A program made the translations under genes and the position numbers. A DNA stretch of 64,000 nucleotides. Origin: Phoronis australis (taxonomy: Eukaryota; Animalia; Phoronida). Positions 24,481-38,300 of the stretch are shown here, one piece after another (the first letter of the stretch is position 1; each line of letters starts with the position of its first letter). The stretch spans positions 1-64,000 of the forward strand of contig NMRA01000098.1 in NCBI GenBank assembly GCA_002633005.1, in the 5' to 3' direction. The notes under the pieces were generated by a model, which saw nothing but the letters and a program-made list of their open reading frames with translations, ran no database searches and had not been told where the DNA came from.

Positions 24481-26324
24481 TTCATTGATCCATTTTTGTT
24501 GTTTTATTAACGTATATTTATTAAAGTTACAAGAAATTGTCAACATGCCATGTAAAAATCAAGTCATTTTCGACAGCTGAGTTAACGGCCTCAGGAGCCT
24601 TAAGAAGAAACCCTAGACACGCTAATTTATAGCCAATTCGAGAAAACGTCATAGCTGTGGATGTATCTCTAGGCAACAACATGACTAAAGCGTCCTTGCA
24701 TTATTTTCGCGCTCATCGTCATCCGTGTTTCTGTCCTGATCAATGATTGTAAAAATATATGTGGGTAGAACTTTGAATTTTAAAAAATGAAATGCTTGTC
24801 TCTTGCTAACGAAAAAAGTTCTTTTCTTTCGGTCAACGAATTTTGTTCTGAAACCATGCGCATTCTTGTAATTCTTGTCTTACTGTAAACATACAATCAC
24901 TAACTTTTATCGTCTCACGTAAAAGTTGATTTTAGCGCCTGATAACCGTGTTCCTATAGCGTGTCCTATTAACCCCTGGTCAACCATTAAAAGATGGTAG
25001 GTCATGTACAGTTGCAACTGAAATTTCCACTATGTGCTGAAATTAACCTTTGCTAACAAAACTAGAAGATTTTGTGATCTCCAGTGTTCGCTAAATGAAG
25101 TATGATCTAGCTGGATTGTATGAAATATCATTTTCAGCAATGTCTCTGGTGCACAAATCTGTTTTATAGCCGATAACAAAATTTCTTCTGAATCATTACG
25201 TCAATGAGCATGCGCGCACCCAAGGTCCGCCCCTGAGAGACAAAAAGTCCGAGAAAATGAGACAAAAGTCCACTAAATAAACGCAAAGGCGCAATTCACA
25301 GAGGTGCTCCCGTTTTTTTTTTTCGTTTTTTTTTTTTCTTTTTTTTTAGTCCGCCCGCTCTTTTGTAAGCAAAAAGTCCACGTCAGGAATTCGAGCCCCT
25401 CCCCCCATATTGGAGGCTGGGTGCGCGCATGAAGAACACGATTTAACGGAGAAGTTATAAATTGGCTTTGCGACACAGGACGCAATAAGTCAGTCAGCTT
25501 ATTGTTAACAATCTGGCCTGTAGTACTTCAAAGGCCCCGAAGACGACTGAGTGCCCTGCCTTAAAAATAAAATGCTTCTTGAGTTTGAACTCTAGAAACT
25601 TACCAAATCAGTGGATGAAGGTTTGATCATAAGACAGCATATTGCAGTGGGATTACCAACAGTGCGTATCATTGATTATGTTGCTATAAACCTTAATAGG
25701 GTTTGTACTGTTTTTCTGCGCTGATAACGCATAAATTAGACCCTCTACTAGTGGTATTAAAAACAGGCTTTTAGTGTCGTTTTTATCGCTGACTGATGTC
25801 GTGACAGTTTTTAAGCAGGCAACACTAATGGTGATTTTATAATATTACGATTAGGGTATGTTCGTTTTTTACGGTGTTATGGTAACATGTTTCGGATGGA
25901 GCATTTTGTTCCTCTGTGCGTGTTTGGTTCAGTAGACCAACATTTCACCACCGTCGTATGGGACGATGCATGCTTCGTGAACGGCCTCTGCATCTCGCAT
26001 AATTTGATTTTTACTTGTGGGGTTACACAAAGAAGAATTGTACAAGGCGAATCTCGCACACTGTAGAACTGGGACACACAGATTCAGGAGGGTTTTCAAT
26101 ACTACAGACGACGATCTTCAGAAGGTTGTTAGTTCCATCCTTCACGTTTGACGAAATACGATGACTTTATCCCATGTAATTTCAGTACCCATGTATTGCA
26201 AACATGCTTTATTTTTTTCAGAATATCGATCTTATCACCAGTTTTCCAAGTCTATTTAATTTTCATCTTCCCAGTATATCAATTCTCTAGTGGTTTCCCT
26301 GATACAGTAGCTAAGTGATCTCCT

Positions 26325-29300
26325 TCAATGAATATCTTTTTTACCAGAGCTTGTACTGGACGAGTAGTTAACATGACCACGAATGACCATGTTTTCTAGC
26401 ATTGTTCTTCTTCTCAAAGAGGGGCGTCGCTTTTCACGCAAATTAGACGTTCGTCGTCCTTCCTTTGAAGCAACGTTGAAGTCGTAATCTTCAAGAACAT
26501 GTTTAACCGTTGGCGTGCGACCGGTCAGTGCTTCTCGCTGGGCTATAAACTTCCTCTTAGCACCTTCGTCAACAAGGGAGCGTCCGAACGATGCGTCGGT
26601 GTGTAGCGATTTCTTACCTATAGCTTTGAACTCGATGTTCTCTACACTCTCTGGTCGAGAAACCATCTCAGGTGTAAACTGATTCGTAGTGCTCAAGACT
26701 TGTTCAACACAGCTTTGTTTTGAGTTCTGTTTAGGGTTCACCTGACCTTCATTTTCATTGCCTATTGTTTGGTTTATTTTTCTGCCCGATGACTTCCCAC
26801 GGTGTACATTTTTTCCTGCTATTAAATGTGTTTTTGTTTGTTCCCCATGAGTTTCGTCACCCTTGCGTTCGTTGACACTCGGGTCTCTGCTTCTGACTTG
26901 GCCAGATGATTTAACGGACGGCGCCATTTTTGTGATTGAAGTCTTGATTACATTTGTATTTAAAAGAGATCGTCTTTTGTCTGGTTTCAGTCCTCCATTA
27001 CCGTGGAGCTTAAACTGAAACAATTTTGAACTTCTGCGTTTCTCAAGTTTTTCTTTACTCTCAACTTTGTCCTTAAGTGGGTTGTTGCGGTTAGTCAACG
27101 CTCCTTCACCATCCAACGCGTAGCTTCGATATGTGCTCTTGGCGTCACTGGAATTTACACGTTGACTTTCAGAAGACGCGTTACACTGGTCTTCGCCGTC
27201 AAGCTGGCTTTGTTGTGCGTCTTCCATGCATGCGTCTTCCTCTCTTTTGGTCGGAAGGTGTAAGTTTGACGTTCCTGTCAGTTTTTCCACGTCACTACCA
27301 TGACAGACGTCTGTGTGATGACTTACGTTTTGTTTAGTGCCATTCTGAAACGTGTCAGTTGCTGAGTCAACGGCTGTACCAATCTAAAGAAAAATATTAA
27401 GATATCAGCGAGATAGGTAATTGTGAATGTTGATCTACAACCTCTTACGATGACCATTTGATACCGACCAAAAGTTTCCACGTTTCTTTATAATTTAAAT
27501 GTATATAGGACGTATGATGGTTCAGAATAACAGTTTTACAATTTCGTTTAATGTTCCATCGTGTTAATAAGTTTACATGTCTAATTTATGCACCTTTGAA
27601 TAAATTGCTCAGTATGGTGCTTGGATCAACATTTATGATCAAGGGAGATCAGCACCATGACCTTAATCAAGTTAAAAGCAAGAAAATCATCGTTTAGTCA
27701 ACATATGAACACCACTTTTCAGTGATTCTTCTGAAACCCCCTCGACCCAGTTAACACAAACTCGACTCGGTCTGAACTGACAGAACATGCGCTGCCTTGC
27801 GGGACCAACGAGTCTGGCCGTGAGCTCGGCTGGCTTTCCTTGTATTTATTGCAATTAAGAGAGTCGATTCGGCAAGATTGAAAGCCAAAGACAGATAAAA
27901 GCGACCAAATTAAATGAAGGACCTACCAACGTTACTGAAATATCGTTCCCGGTAGAGTGTAATAGCTCGCCTGCTCTTCATTGAACGGCTAGTTCAAGTT
28001 TTTTTGAGGAGTGTGTGAGGAACCGACGAATATGTTATTTCTTCAGTAAATACAGTTTAAAAAAACAAACTGACTAAAAAGTATCTCACAGTTACATGGA
28101 ATATATTGTAAACGAGTATACAACAGAAAGAAAATAATAAAAGTGTTAATTTAGGTGCCTTCACGTTAACGTACTCTCTCCCTAAGTGTAGAACAGGGAC
28201 ATTGGCAGCCGCTCGTGCAACTATTTCCGTGATAACGACAGCTCGCTTACACTCCGCTAATTCTGATCATGTTCTTTCGCCACTTTCTGTTTTCAACTAC
28301 TAGACTTGAGCTACAGCAGATTCACGTGTAGGCAAGTCTTATGGGAAAGTCACTGAGCGGCGTAATGTGATTATGAAATGTGTAAACATGGGCGGCGCAC
28401 CGTAGGGAACTGGGGGGGGGCTATAGCCCCCCTCCCCACTTTTTTCAGTGCTACGTCGCACATGGTCTATAGACGGTGCACACACAGGGGGGCTGAGGGG
28501 CCTTTAGCCCCCCCCACACTATTTTCAATGCTGCGCCGCCCATGTAAAAAGCGCAAACATACATCTATTGCCGCAGGTCGTGGGTCGACGGGGTTGTCGG
28601 TCGTAGGTTGTGGGTTAAGGGGGTTGGGGGTTGTGGGGGCTTTAGGGTGTGCGGGTCCACGGAGTTTTAAAATAATCTACTTTTCAGATTGAAATGAAAG
28701 ACAACATGATGGAATTTTCCAGGAGACTTGTTATTGTTTCTAGTGAGCTCCACAAACGTGAATCATTCAACGAATAAAATATTTTGGGCAACGTGGTCAG
28801 AAACTAATAAACCCGTTTAAGTGTTCTCTCCTCAACTTTAGTCTGTACACTTAAGCTTCAATTGGCCCAAACTGTGCACAAAATGGAAGCTTCGCATGAC
28901 CATTTTTACTGTTAAAGTGTTAAACAAGTTTTAACTCTTAAAAGAGCTTCTCTATTGAAAAATCATTTGATACATGAAAAGGTTTTTGTTCCGTTCTGAG
29001 ACGAACAGTTTCCTATGGTTAAGTATTCTCAATATCTTCACTCAACTTTTTGACTTCCCAACGAAATTATTATTATTATTCAGTAACTTTTCCAGACGTG
29101 AGGGGTGCCGAACGTGCGATAATATCTGGCTTAACTTAACTTTCATTTTGATCAGCCCACCCCAGTCAGGCTAGATACGATCTGATCGGAGATTAGAGCA
29201 ATTATCAAACAAAAGAGCGCAGGCCCTCTAACCATCAACGCCAGAATGGAGTTAATTGGCTACGGGGGGTAAACTTCCCAACTTGTTGTTAGGCTATACA

Positions 29301-32300
29301 ATCGAACAAGTTGGGAGCAACGGGATGTCGCCGTCATGAATCAACCGTGTTAAGAACTTTTCAAGTGTGTAAGCGTACACTAACCTTGGCCCAAGTTTTA
29401 CTGTCTTGTACGCATGAAATAGCATTGTTCTGGTCAAGATGTGATCCCGCAACCCCAGTCGTATGACTGTTTTAGTCTAAATTGTAGAATCAATGTAACT
29501 GAAAAGTAGTTGCTCTTCCGGGCACTCGGTTGTAATAAGAATGTACGTAATACATATCAATCTTTATATTCCGCTGCTGGGAATGAAGTAAGATTTTTGT
29601 TTTACAGCACTTTTGGGAAGCCAACTTCTTTTTTGTAATTATTAGTAGGTTCTTAAGTACGTTGAATAACTTTTGCTGCTTGATAGATGTAATTATGTTT
29701 GGAATAAAGTCCCTACGTCTCCTTCATATTTACCCCAACCCCCGCTCCCTTGGTCCTCATTCCCTTATCACTTCATTTCAGTTGTGGTTACTGAGGTTTA
29801 TTTTTGACTTTCATCTTATGTGCATTAACTCTGTAATTTCTCCAACCCAGATATGATGCACAATGCTTTCTAGGTTTGTCTACCGCTGTTCAACGAGCTC
29901 TTATTGTATGCGATGAAATTTATCCAGTTTAAAAATAACAACAAAACAACTATATCAACGATATGGCTATGATGGCATTTCTGATTTGTATCGTCATATG
30001 TCAGTTATGTTGGTTCCGCCTTAACATTATTAAAACCTGGTGTTCGTTTGTACTGTATTGTTTTAAGATACTAACAATTACGTGACAATTAAGAATAGTA
30101 CCATTGTGCTGTCTGCATGTTCCAACGTGGATCCAATACAACTTCTCTCCAACAAATTTCCTTTTGCTCGAGGAGAACCGTTAGTTGCGTCGCTTTTTTC
30201 TGATCTTTGCAAAACGCGCTCACCTTCCACTCTGTGGCATGGGTGATCGACATCGCTTGAGCTTTTTGTTTTTTTGATGACGTTTTCACTCTCATGGGAA
30301 TGTACTGTGACATTGTCGAGCGCTGTTTCTAAATCATCGATAGCCATTTCAGCCAATGCTGACAAATCTTTAGTGTCCTGTTTCCCCACTTCTGTGCGTT
30401 CCTCGTCTGCAGAAGAAGTTCCTTGCTTTTCTAGTCGTAACCTATCTTCCCCTAGCAATCCAGTGTTTGCTGAGAAAGTTCGCACGTTTACAGTGCAATC
30501 GTCAGTCTGTAGAGAGACTAGTTCTCCTTGGTGTTTGCATTCAACCCTGGATAAACTCGCTTTTTCAGTACTCACGCGTGCGCTTTCTTCACTTATTGGA
30601 TTACTTATATTGGTGTCGTCAATCGACGCTTCACCATTGCAGGTGGATGGAGAGTTTAGTGCAGCAACAGTTTCATCGAAAAGTTCTGACGATGCACTCA
30701 GTTCACGTGGATCACTTCCTTTGCAATCTTTGTCATTGGTGACTATGACACCACTATGTACCGATAGATATCGAGAAGGCGCGCTCGTTTCAAGTCGACT
30801 ACCTTCATTGCTTTGGAGTAAATCTGTAATTTTTCTATGATTACAAAATTCATTGTTCATGGAATCACTGCATTCAGTAGAATACAAGAGAGAAGGAACC
30901 ATCTGTTGAGTGATTTTTGATGGTGTACCCTGTACGTTTCCCGAAGACGTCGGAGCATGCGTCGCCACATAAAAATGACAGGTTCCTGTTTCTCCACTGT
31001 GTTCATTTTTAGATGTACAATCCATTTTTTGAGGTACAGTTGCTGCTTCCTGTACGTCTATAATTAGGGTGTCGACCGTGTGAGGTGGAGATTGTCTTAG
31101 ATTATCGTAATATGTTTCATCATTTGACATTTTTTTAGAACCTCTTTCCTGCTTCGAGCAAGGTAGGCCTGCGTCACTTTTTGCAGTCAGCAAGTTGCAC
31201 GAAACTTCATTTTGCTTCTTCCTTCCAGAGCCTTCCAAATTTAATACAGCCTTTTGAAAAGAGCCGTGCACCGCTTGAGGAATACCACAGTAACTAACGC
31301 CGAGTTTGTTTTGTTCTGAATTTGTTGACTGATCTCGATGTACAAGCTCGTTGTTTGAAAGAGGTACATGTAGACTAGCGGATAACGTGTCCTCCTCAAC
31401 CTTTGTAACACTATCAATCATCCTTGAATTTACTGCTCTATTTTTCGATTCTTTTCTTTCGTTTTCAGGATCGAGAGTGTCGTTCCTGCCTTTTGTGTAG
31501 GCAGTCAAAAATATGTCTTTCACGGCACCACTTTCTTTTTGCGATGTGCCTCCATTATCGCCATTGGTTTTTGCTTCAGTTTCATGCAATTCATGATCAC
31601 GGGAACGAGGTTTCATCATAAACAGATTCGTTTGTTCTACATCGTGATCATTGATCGCGATCTCCTGTTTCGAAGGGAATATTCCTCTTGAAAAAGGCGA
31701 TGCAGCGATGGACACACCGGCTTTGTTTATGTCAAATAACTCTTCCATCATATTCAGCTCTTGTTTTGAAGAGGGTAATGCCTCTCTTCTGGGTGACAAG
31801 ACGGTATGAAAATCTGCAATGCACCTGTTTTCGACTCCACCATTGCACTCCATGCCATTAGGGTTGTCGACAGCCAAGGCACTGCACAATTTCTCCTCTT
31901 CCGTGTGAGTGTCGCTCGTATGGGTATCCAAAAGAATTGTAAACGTTCGCTTCCTGTGGCGTGTGCAAAAACCCACGACAAGGCAACATGCTAAGATCAT
32001 TGTGACGAAAACTATGAGGCAGGAAACAATTATCCAAATAATGTCCAATTTGTTCGTTGAAATGGTTCCTGATTTCCCTGAAAACGTTAACATCTGATTT
32101 TCAAACTGTTTACTCTATATAAAAGACAGCGACACAAACACAGTCAGAACAGTTGAAATTTTAAAATATACATGTAGAAGTACTGTAACGATATATAATC
32201 TGTATTGACCAATGATAGTTTGTTTTTCGACTGACTAATTTTGCCGGTCTTTCTTTTGGAAATGTCAAAATGTGATTTCATTCATTCATTTTTATTACTA

Positions 32301-35300
32301 TTCACGTTGAGCAAACTCATCATATTGTCCGTGAATGATTCCAAAAAAGACCCTTACCAACGCAATGAATATCTGACGCGCAAGTCTCAATTTGTATGAC
32401 GTCTTCCTTGATGGTGCAGTTGATGTCACAAGAGTAAACTCGCTGTCTGCGGCCGACTTTGTCCCCGCACGTGACGGTACACTTACTCCAAGGGCCCCAT
32501 TTGTGGAATACTATTGTATAAAACAGTTGCTCTCCATTAAACACGTGAAACCTACTGCCACGCACAACATTGTCTGTGCTGGTGTTTATTTCTGTAGTGT
32601 AGCGAGGATCGTGCTTAGCACACGTGACTAACCTTTATGGTGGTTCGTCACTTGTGATACGGTGGCGATGCTTTACATCTACCTTTACGTTGAAAAATAA
32701 CTTCCACTTGGTCAGGAATTACAACTTTTACAAAATCAACTGAACAGACCGCCAATGCATCCATTGGGATGAAAAGCTGGCACGTAATCTGTTGCCATTT
32801 GCATTGCATCTCTCGAGCTCAGGTCACAAGACCGCACCCATTGCGCTGATCAAGAGCACACAGTTACGATTTCTGGACACCACTCAGCTTGGTGTTCCTG
32901 TTTCTCCTGGGAAGATGCACCTGAAAGATCTAAAGTTTCTTCTAGTCCACTGCGTAGAAGTAACAAGAAATAGCTTCTACCATAGACGTAGAATACTGTT
33001 TATGTGTATGCACACCCACCGGTACACCTCACATTTAACAAAATCTCGTACATACTCACACTCACATGTTACAAGTATACGTACACTATACTCTAATGAA
33101 GGTACACTTTGTCATGCTGTCAGGAAATAAGAATCTGTTACTACAGTGAAACTATGCAGTTTTGCACAGTCTGCACAAAAATGCCAGACTTTTGGGTAGA
33201 ACTTTTTTGCATAGGAGTTTTCGTGTATATGGACAAATCCGATTAAGAAACAGTAAGCATGATGAAAGACTTAAAAATTTTCACACTGCACTAATTATAG
33301 TTGAAACCAAAATCGCAAATTTTAAATTAGTATAAGATAGCTTAGCAGCGCTGAAACGTCCTGCTGAAGCCATCGATCAATTTCACATGGTCTGCAGTGT
33401 TTTTATGTGTAATTAGCAACGCTTACTCTCCATATTAAAAACCTAATCAAAGGTTCTCACACATGAACCAAAACCATGTTTCTTAAAGATGGCGTTGCAT
33501 GGGGCTTTCAGACAGATAGACGAATTCGTTCACGACAAGCCCATAGCGTGTGCCGTTCGCGTAAAATCTCACCCGAACAGGGAGCCTTGGTGCATGATTT
33601 CTCATCCGTTCCTAGCTGGGTAGCGAAAGACTCGTTAGCAACACCTGGAGGCAAACACTGGCGACTTCTACGCTGAGTACCATTGCCGCAAGTGACTGAA
33701 CATCCACCCCAATCGCCCCAAATAGACCAGAGACTACCAACTGATTTGAAAAGAAGAAACAGTTCTCAGATGGATTCAATATATAAAGTTTGTGAAGATG
33801 ACGTACCACTGTCTTGAAACAATATCGTGTTCAAACTGGAAATCAAAGATGTCCCACTTTCATTCAACCTCTCTCCATATCTCTTCACTTCTCTCTCGAG
33901 ATATAGCTTTTGCCTTCTTCCCCTCCCTCCCCTAAACTGTTTCCCCGCCTTCTACAATACTTAGTCTGTTCCCCCATTGTCGCGACTTTCGTTCTCTCCT
34001 CTTCTGTGTTCACCTTTGTTTCACTCCCATTTATTCTCTTGAACTTAGGTTGATGTTACCTAGAATTCCCGTCGAGTGACTTCCCGTTCCATGTTACTTC
34101 ATTTATAATCCGCCATGAAACTCGGGGAATAAATAACCACATGGCCCTACGTTCACCATTTCATGCACGGGCCGCAAAAATGAATAGGGAAAAGCGGAAT
34201 GGAATAAAAATTGCCATTCTTTGTAACATCAGCCTTATGAACAAAACCAGAGTCTTTGGACCGAGGCCCCTAAACTTTGCTCAAGACTCTTCTACAAACT
34301 ACATAAACGTAAACCCACCAGTTGTAACAGTAATGGTTTGTTTGACGCTCTCTTTATATCCAGAAGGATATTCACTTGTGCACATTACATTGATGAGGTA
34401 TTCAGTTCCTGGAGCAAGGCGGCTGATCGTAAACGTTCTGTTGTCGTCTTTCTTTAATTTGGCAGACAACCACGAAGATGTGACTTCGTTCGTTGAATAC
34501 TCAATGACGTAGTGCGTAAAATAGCCAACCTTAGGTGGCGTCCATTCTACGGTCAACCCGTCGTTGAACACAGTAGCGATAGAGACGTGGGAGGGTGGAT
34601 AAGGGTCTGTTACGAAGAAAAGGGCGACTAAACAAGGTCCTACCAATTGTAAAAGAAGTAAAGCGAAATAGAAAGTTTCCGCCAAGGTACTCAAGAATCA
34701 CTTTCATTCACTGATTGTGGTTTCTGTTGTGAAGCCAGCTTCTGTATCGGCTTCACAGCTTGGACATCATCTGAAATGTTTTAGTTTTGAAAGATTTAGA
34801 TGTTTTTGCTTCAATTTTCTTTAATTCGATCTGTATGCTCACACCCGATCTGTATGTTCACACCCGATCTGTATGTTCACACCCGATCTGTATGTTCACA
34901 CCCGATCTGTATGTTCACACCCGATCTGTATGCTCACACCCGATCTGTATGTTCACACTCGATCTGTATGCTCACACCATGAAACAGTCTCAACAAAGTC
35001 CCGTAAACCTTTTGCGTATTTGTTTCGTTCTTTACTCACAGATGTTTTTCTATCATTTTTTCTTGATTACCAATGACATTTAACGATACTAAAGCCCTTT
35101 AGTGAATCATAATAATTAGGGACTTAGTCCTTAAATTAGGGGCGTTGCATGAAAATATCCCTACTTATTTTCATTAACATTAAGAATTCAACGTAGAGTT
35201 GACTCTCCCTTAGGGTCAAAGCCAAAAATTGACTTAGTAATGAGATTTAAACAGCATAAGAAAGGACAATCAGTGTTTTTACAACCCCACAAATACGCAG

Positions 35301-38300
35301 TAGATTGAGGGAACTTAGTTAAGTCCCTACTTAGGATTGTTTCGCGCAACCGAGCACAAAGATCATACAGCAGCTATATTCAGATTCGGAGTTCTAGCAA
35401 TAAGAGATATTTAAGATGCTATCTCAATAAATCGCAAATTGTAGCAAGTGCCACCTTGTGACTTCCTGAAGAACTTGTGTAAAAGTATAATCAGGAAAAG
35501 AGACAGTTTATAAATAAGAAAACATAACAACTGATGCATTTAAAGCAAATGTGAGCATATAAAAAACCTTTAAATTAGTAATTCCAAATATTACGCAATT
35601 GTTATTTGATAGTGAAATGAAAAAATAATAAAAACTGTGCCATATTTTATTAGGGTAACGGTGACATATTATCATACTCATTTCCATAAAAATAGTCTCG
35701 CAAGACAACACTTACGAGAGGTTGTAATGGTAATTGGTTCTCGGATGGTTTCCGGCTCATCGGAAAACCCGGGGTTGTTTGTAACCTAGTCCTTCATGCG
35801 CATATTCACAACTTAATGAGACATGGCATCAAGGATACAACAGGCGAAATCTTTCGTAGAGCCTGGACAACGGGATGGAAAATATACGTTAAAAATGTAC
35901 AAAATTTGCAATTGAATGGCATACTTGTCGTTCAGCACAAAAGGTGACGAACAGGAACGCACTTGTTATTGCGGTGATCAGTTTTGTACTGATGTTGTAT
36001 AAATCTCGATACGACGTAGTTACTGATATCCCGTACAATAGCCCAGCGGACAAGTTAGCGCACGTGCCAGTTGTCTGCAAACCTGATACAAGAACGCGAG
36101 CACCCGACGCCATGTTGAATATTTCTACATTTACCACAGCACACAATAGAATGTAGTGGTCTTTATTTCCCTCTGCATGCTTCCACGTGGCTTTGATTGT
36201 TGACACTGTACTTTCGATAACAGTCACTTCTTTGGCTCTTGCTATAGCTATCACGAGCAAAAATATAATGAATGGGCAACTCACAATTCACTAGGTAATC
36301 GCTTAACGGCTGCTTTGTGCAAAGGGAGTTTCTTGCGAGTGTGCCCAGATCAAATGAGCTCGTTACCTCACTTGCGCGCATTAGTAAACTTCCTTCCACT
36401 TAGACGTGATTGGTTGATTTGGCTCGAATGTTGATTTGTGGGAGAATGTATCAGTTGGCTAAACCAAATATTCTCGATACATTATACATGTAAGCCAAGA
36501 TTTCTCAACGAAAATGTTTTGCAAGTCTTGCGTCACGGAAGGCGCCCGGTCATGTATACATGCAATTAACGAATATGTAGTTAGTCTCATAAAACCATTG
36601 TCAATCTATTCAAATGTGTTTATTCATTTGCACCATAGTGAGTATCTGTGTTCACGCAAGCTTCACCAAAAAAGTCATCTTCTCCATTTCTTATCTAGAC
36701 TGCAAGACCTCTTTTCTCAAAGCTATTGGCCCATTCTGTAAAGCCAAAGACACATGGATGCGTAAAACCATGCAATCTGACAATGCGTTTGGTTCCAAAA
36801 ACCGAACGTTATGGTGGATAGAAAGTAAAAATAGAATGGTATAGTTCATGACGCATGCATGTGTCATGGGTAATGGTTCCGTTAACGCAACAGAAGTAAG
36901 TCTATGTAGAACTTCATTGTTCGTAACACACGCATACGCTTTGTCTGACAGCATGGTTGTATGTGTACAAATGTTTGTTTCTAACTTTAGGAAGTGCAAA
37001 CAATATTAAATAGAACACTAACACATGCCGGAAACAGATTGATAATCTTACCCGTCCTGCCGTGTTTCACAGCAGGCTCGCTTAGCGAGGCAAATTCTCC
37101 ACCGTGACAGCAACTCTTACTGTACACCATTACACCGAATTCGCTGCCAGGGTCTAGTCTTGCGACAATAACTCTCTCCGCTAGAGGATGTTTCTCCACA
37201 AGAACAGCGGGAAAGTGATTTGAAGGCGAGAAGTATTTGACTACATAAGACGTGAGACTGCCAACTGAGGGTGGTTGCCATCTTACTTCAAACCAATGAA
37301 TAGACGTATCAAGTCGAAGATCTCTCGGAGACTCAGGAACTAAAGTGGGACAGAATTTGCCTATAAATACTGAGAAGATCGAAAATCGGTCGCTAACGAG
37401 CCAAGAAACTGACACAGTTGACTATCCTTTATGTTTGGATTGAGAAACACTTTCAGTTCAGGGGTCTTTTTCGTGAAAAGTGACTTTAGTCAGAAATTTG
37501 GTCTAACAGCTTATTATTTAAAATGACTTATTCTTATTAAAATGACATAGGCAAAAAAATTGAATTTCAGACCTCAAAAGCGAGGCCCCCTATATTAATA
37601 TAGGGGGCCCGGCCGAAAGGAGGCCGGAGAGCTGCTATATTCCTGTTTTCGGAAGGAGTCAAGGTATTTTGCGCCACCTAATAACCATTTTCACTGTTTT
37701 TTGGCATCCGCCTCTCTATCAACCAAACCGCTCTTTAAGATGATTGTAAAAATTGGCATGCATGTATTTTCTTACTATGAAGAGAAAGCCTGNCGGCGGG
37801 GCCACCTATATTAATATAGAAGGCCCCGCTCTCCGGCCTCCCTTCAGCGAGGCCTCCTATATTAATATAGGAGGCCTCGCTTTTGAGGTCCAAAATTCAA
37901 TTTTTTGCCTATGTCATTTTAATAAGAATAAGTCATTTTAAATAATAAGTTGTTGTCTTTTCTCGCTTTACAATTACTGAATAAATGTTTAGCCGTGTAG
38001 TTACTTATGCATCATGGCCTAGAATCAAAACAGCTTATACAAATTATTTCAGCAACAAGCAGTTATGAGTACATTCTCAGTCTTTTCTACTTTTGGTGGA
38101 GTGAGGTTAAAGTATTTTTCTTAAATAGTTGTGTGCACCGTGCGACAGAATTTGTGACGTCAGACACAAATCACTTTTCATGAAACAGGATCTCAGAAGA
38201 AAGAGGACGGTTCACATGTCTTCCCTCCATTTTAAGATCCGTAACTCGGTCGTATATGGTGATTCTCCTGAAAAAGGCCTCAAACTTAAGCTAATGCTTT

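Noticed and set aside
28576-28660. G-rich tract with G-quadruplex potential
   Set aside because: Low-complexity intronic sequence beside a MITE; nothing indicates function.
30274-30840. 188-aa plus-strand ORF and other short overlapping ORFs
   Set aside because: Antisense shadows of the large receptor tail exon, with no independent motifs.
32511-32920. Apparent longer phase-1 exon upstream of the second TSP1 domain with several in-frame stops (possible recoding)
   Set aside because: A proper acceptor (ttttatacaatAG) at 32511 gives a clean 153-nt TSP1 exon; the upstream part is intron.
34827-34978. Regular short repeats resembling a CRISPR array
   Set aside because: The 19-bp units are directly adjacent with no unique spacers, no cas genes are present, and the context is a eukaryotic intron.
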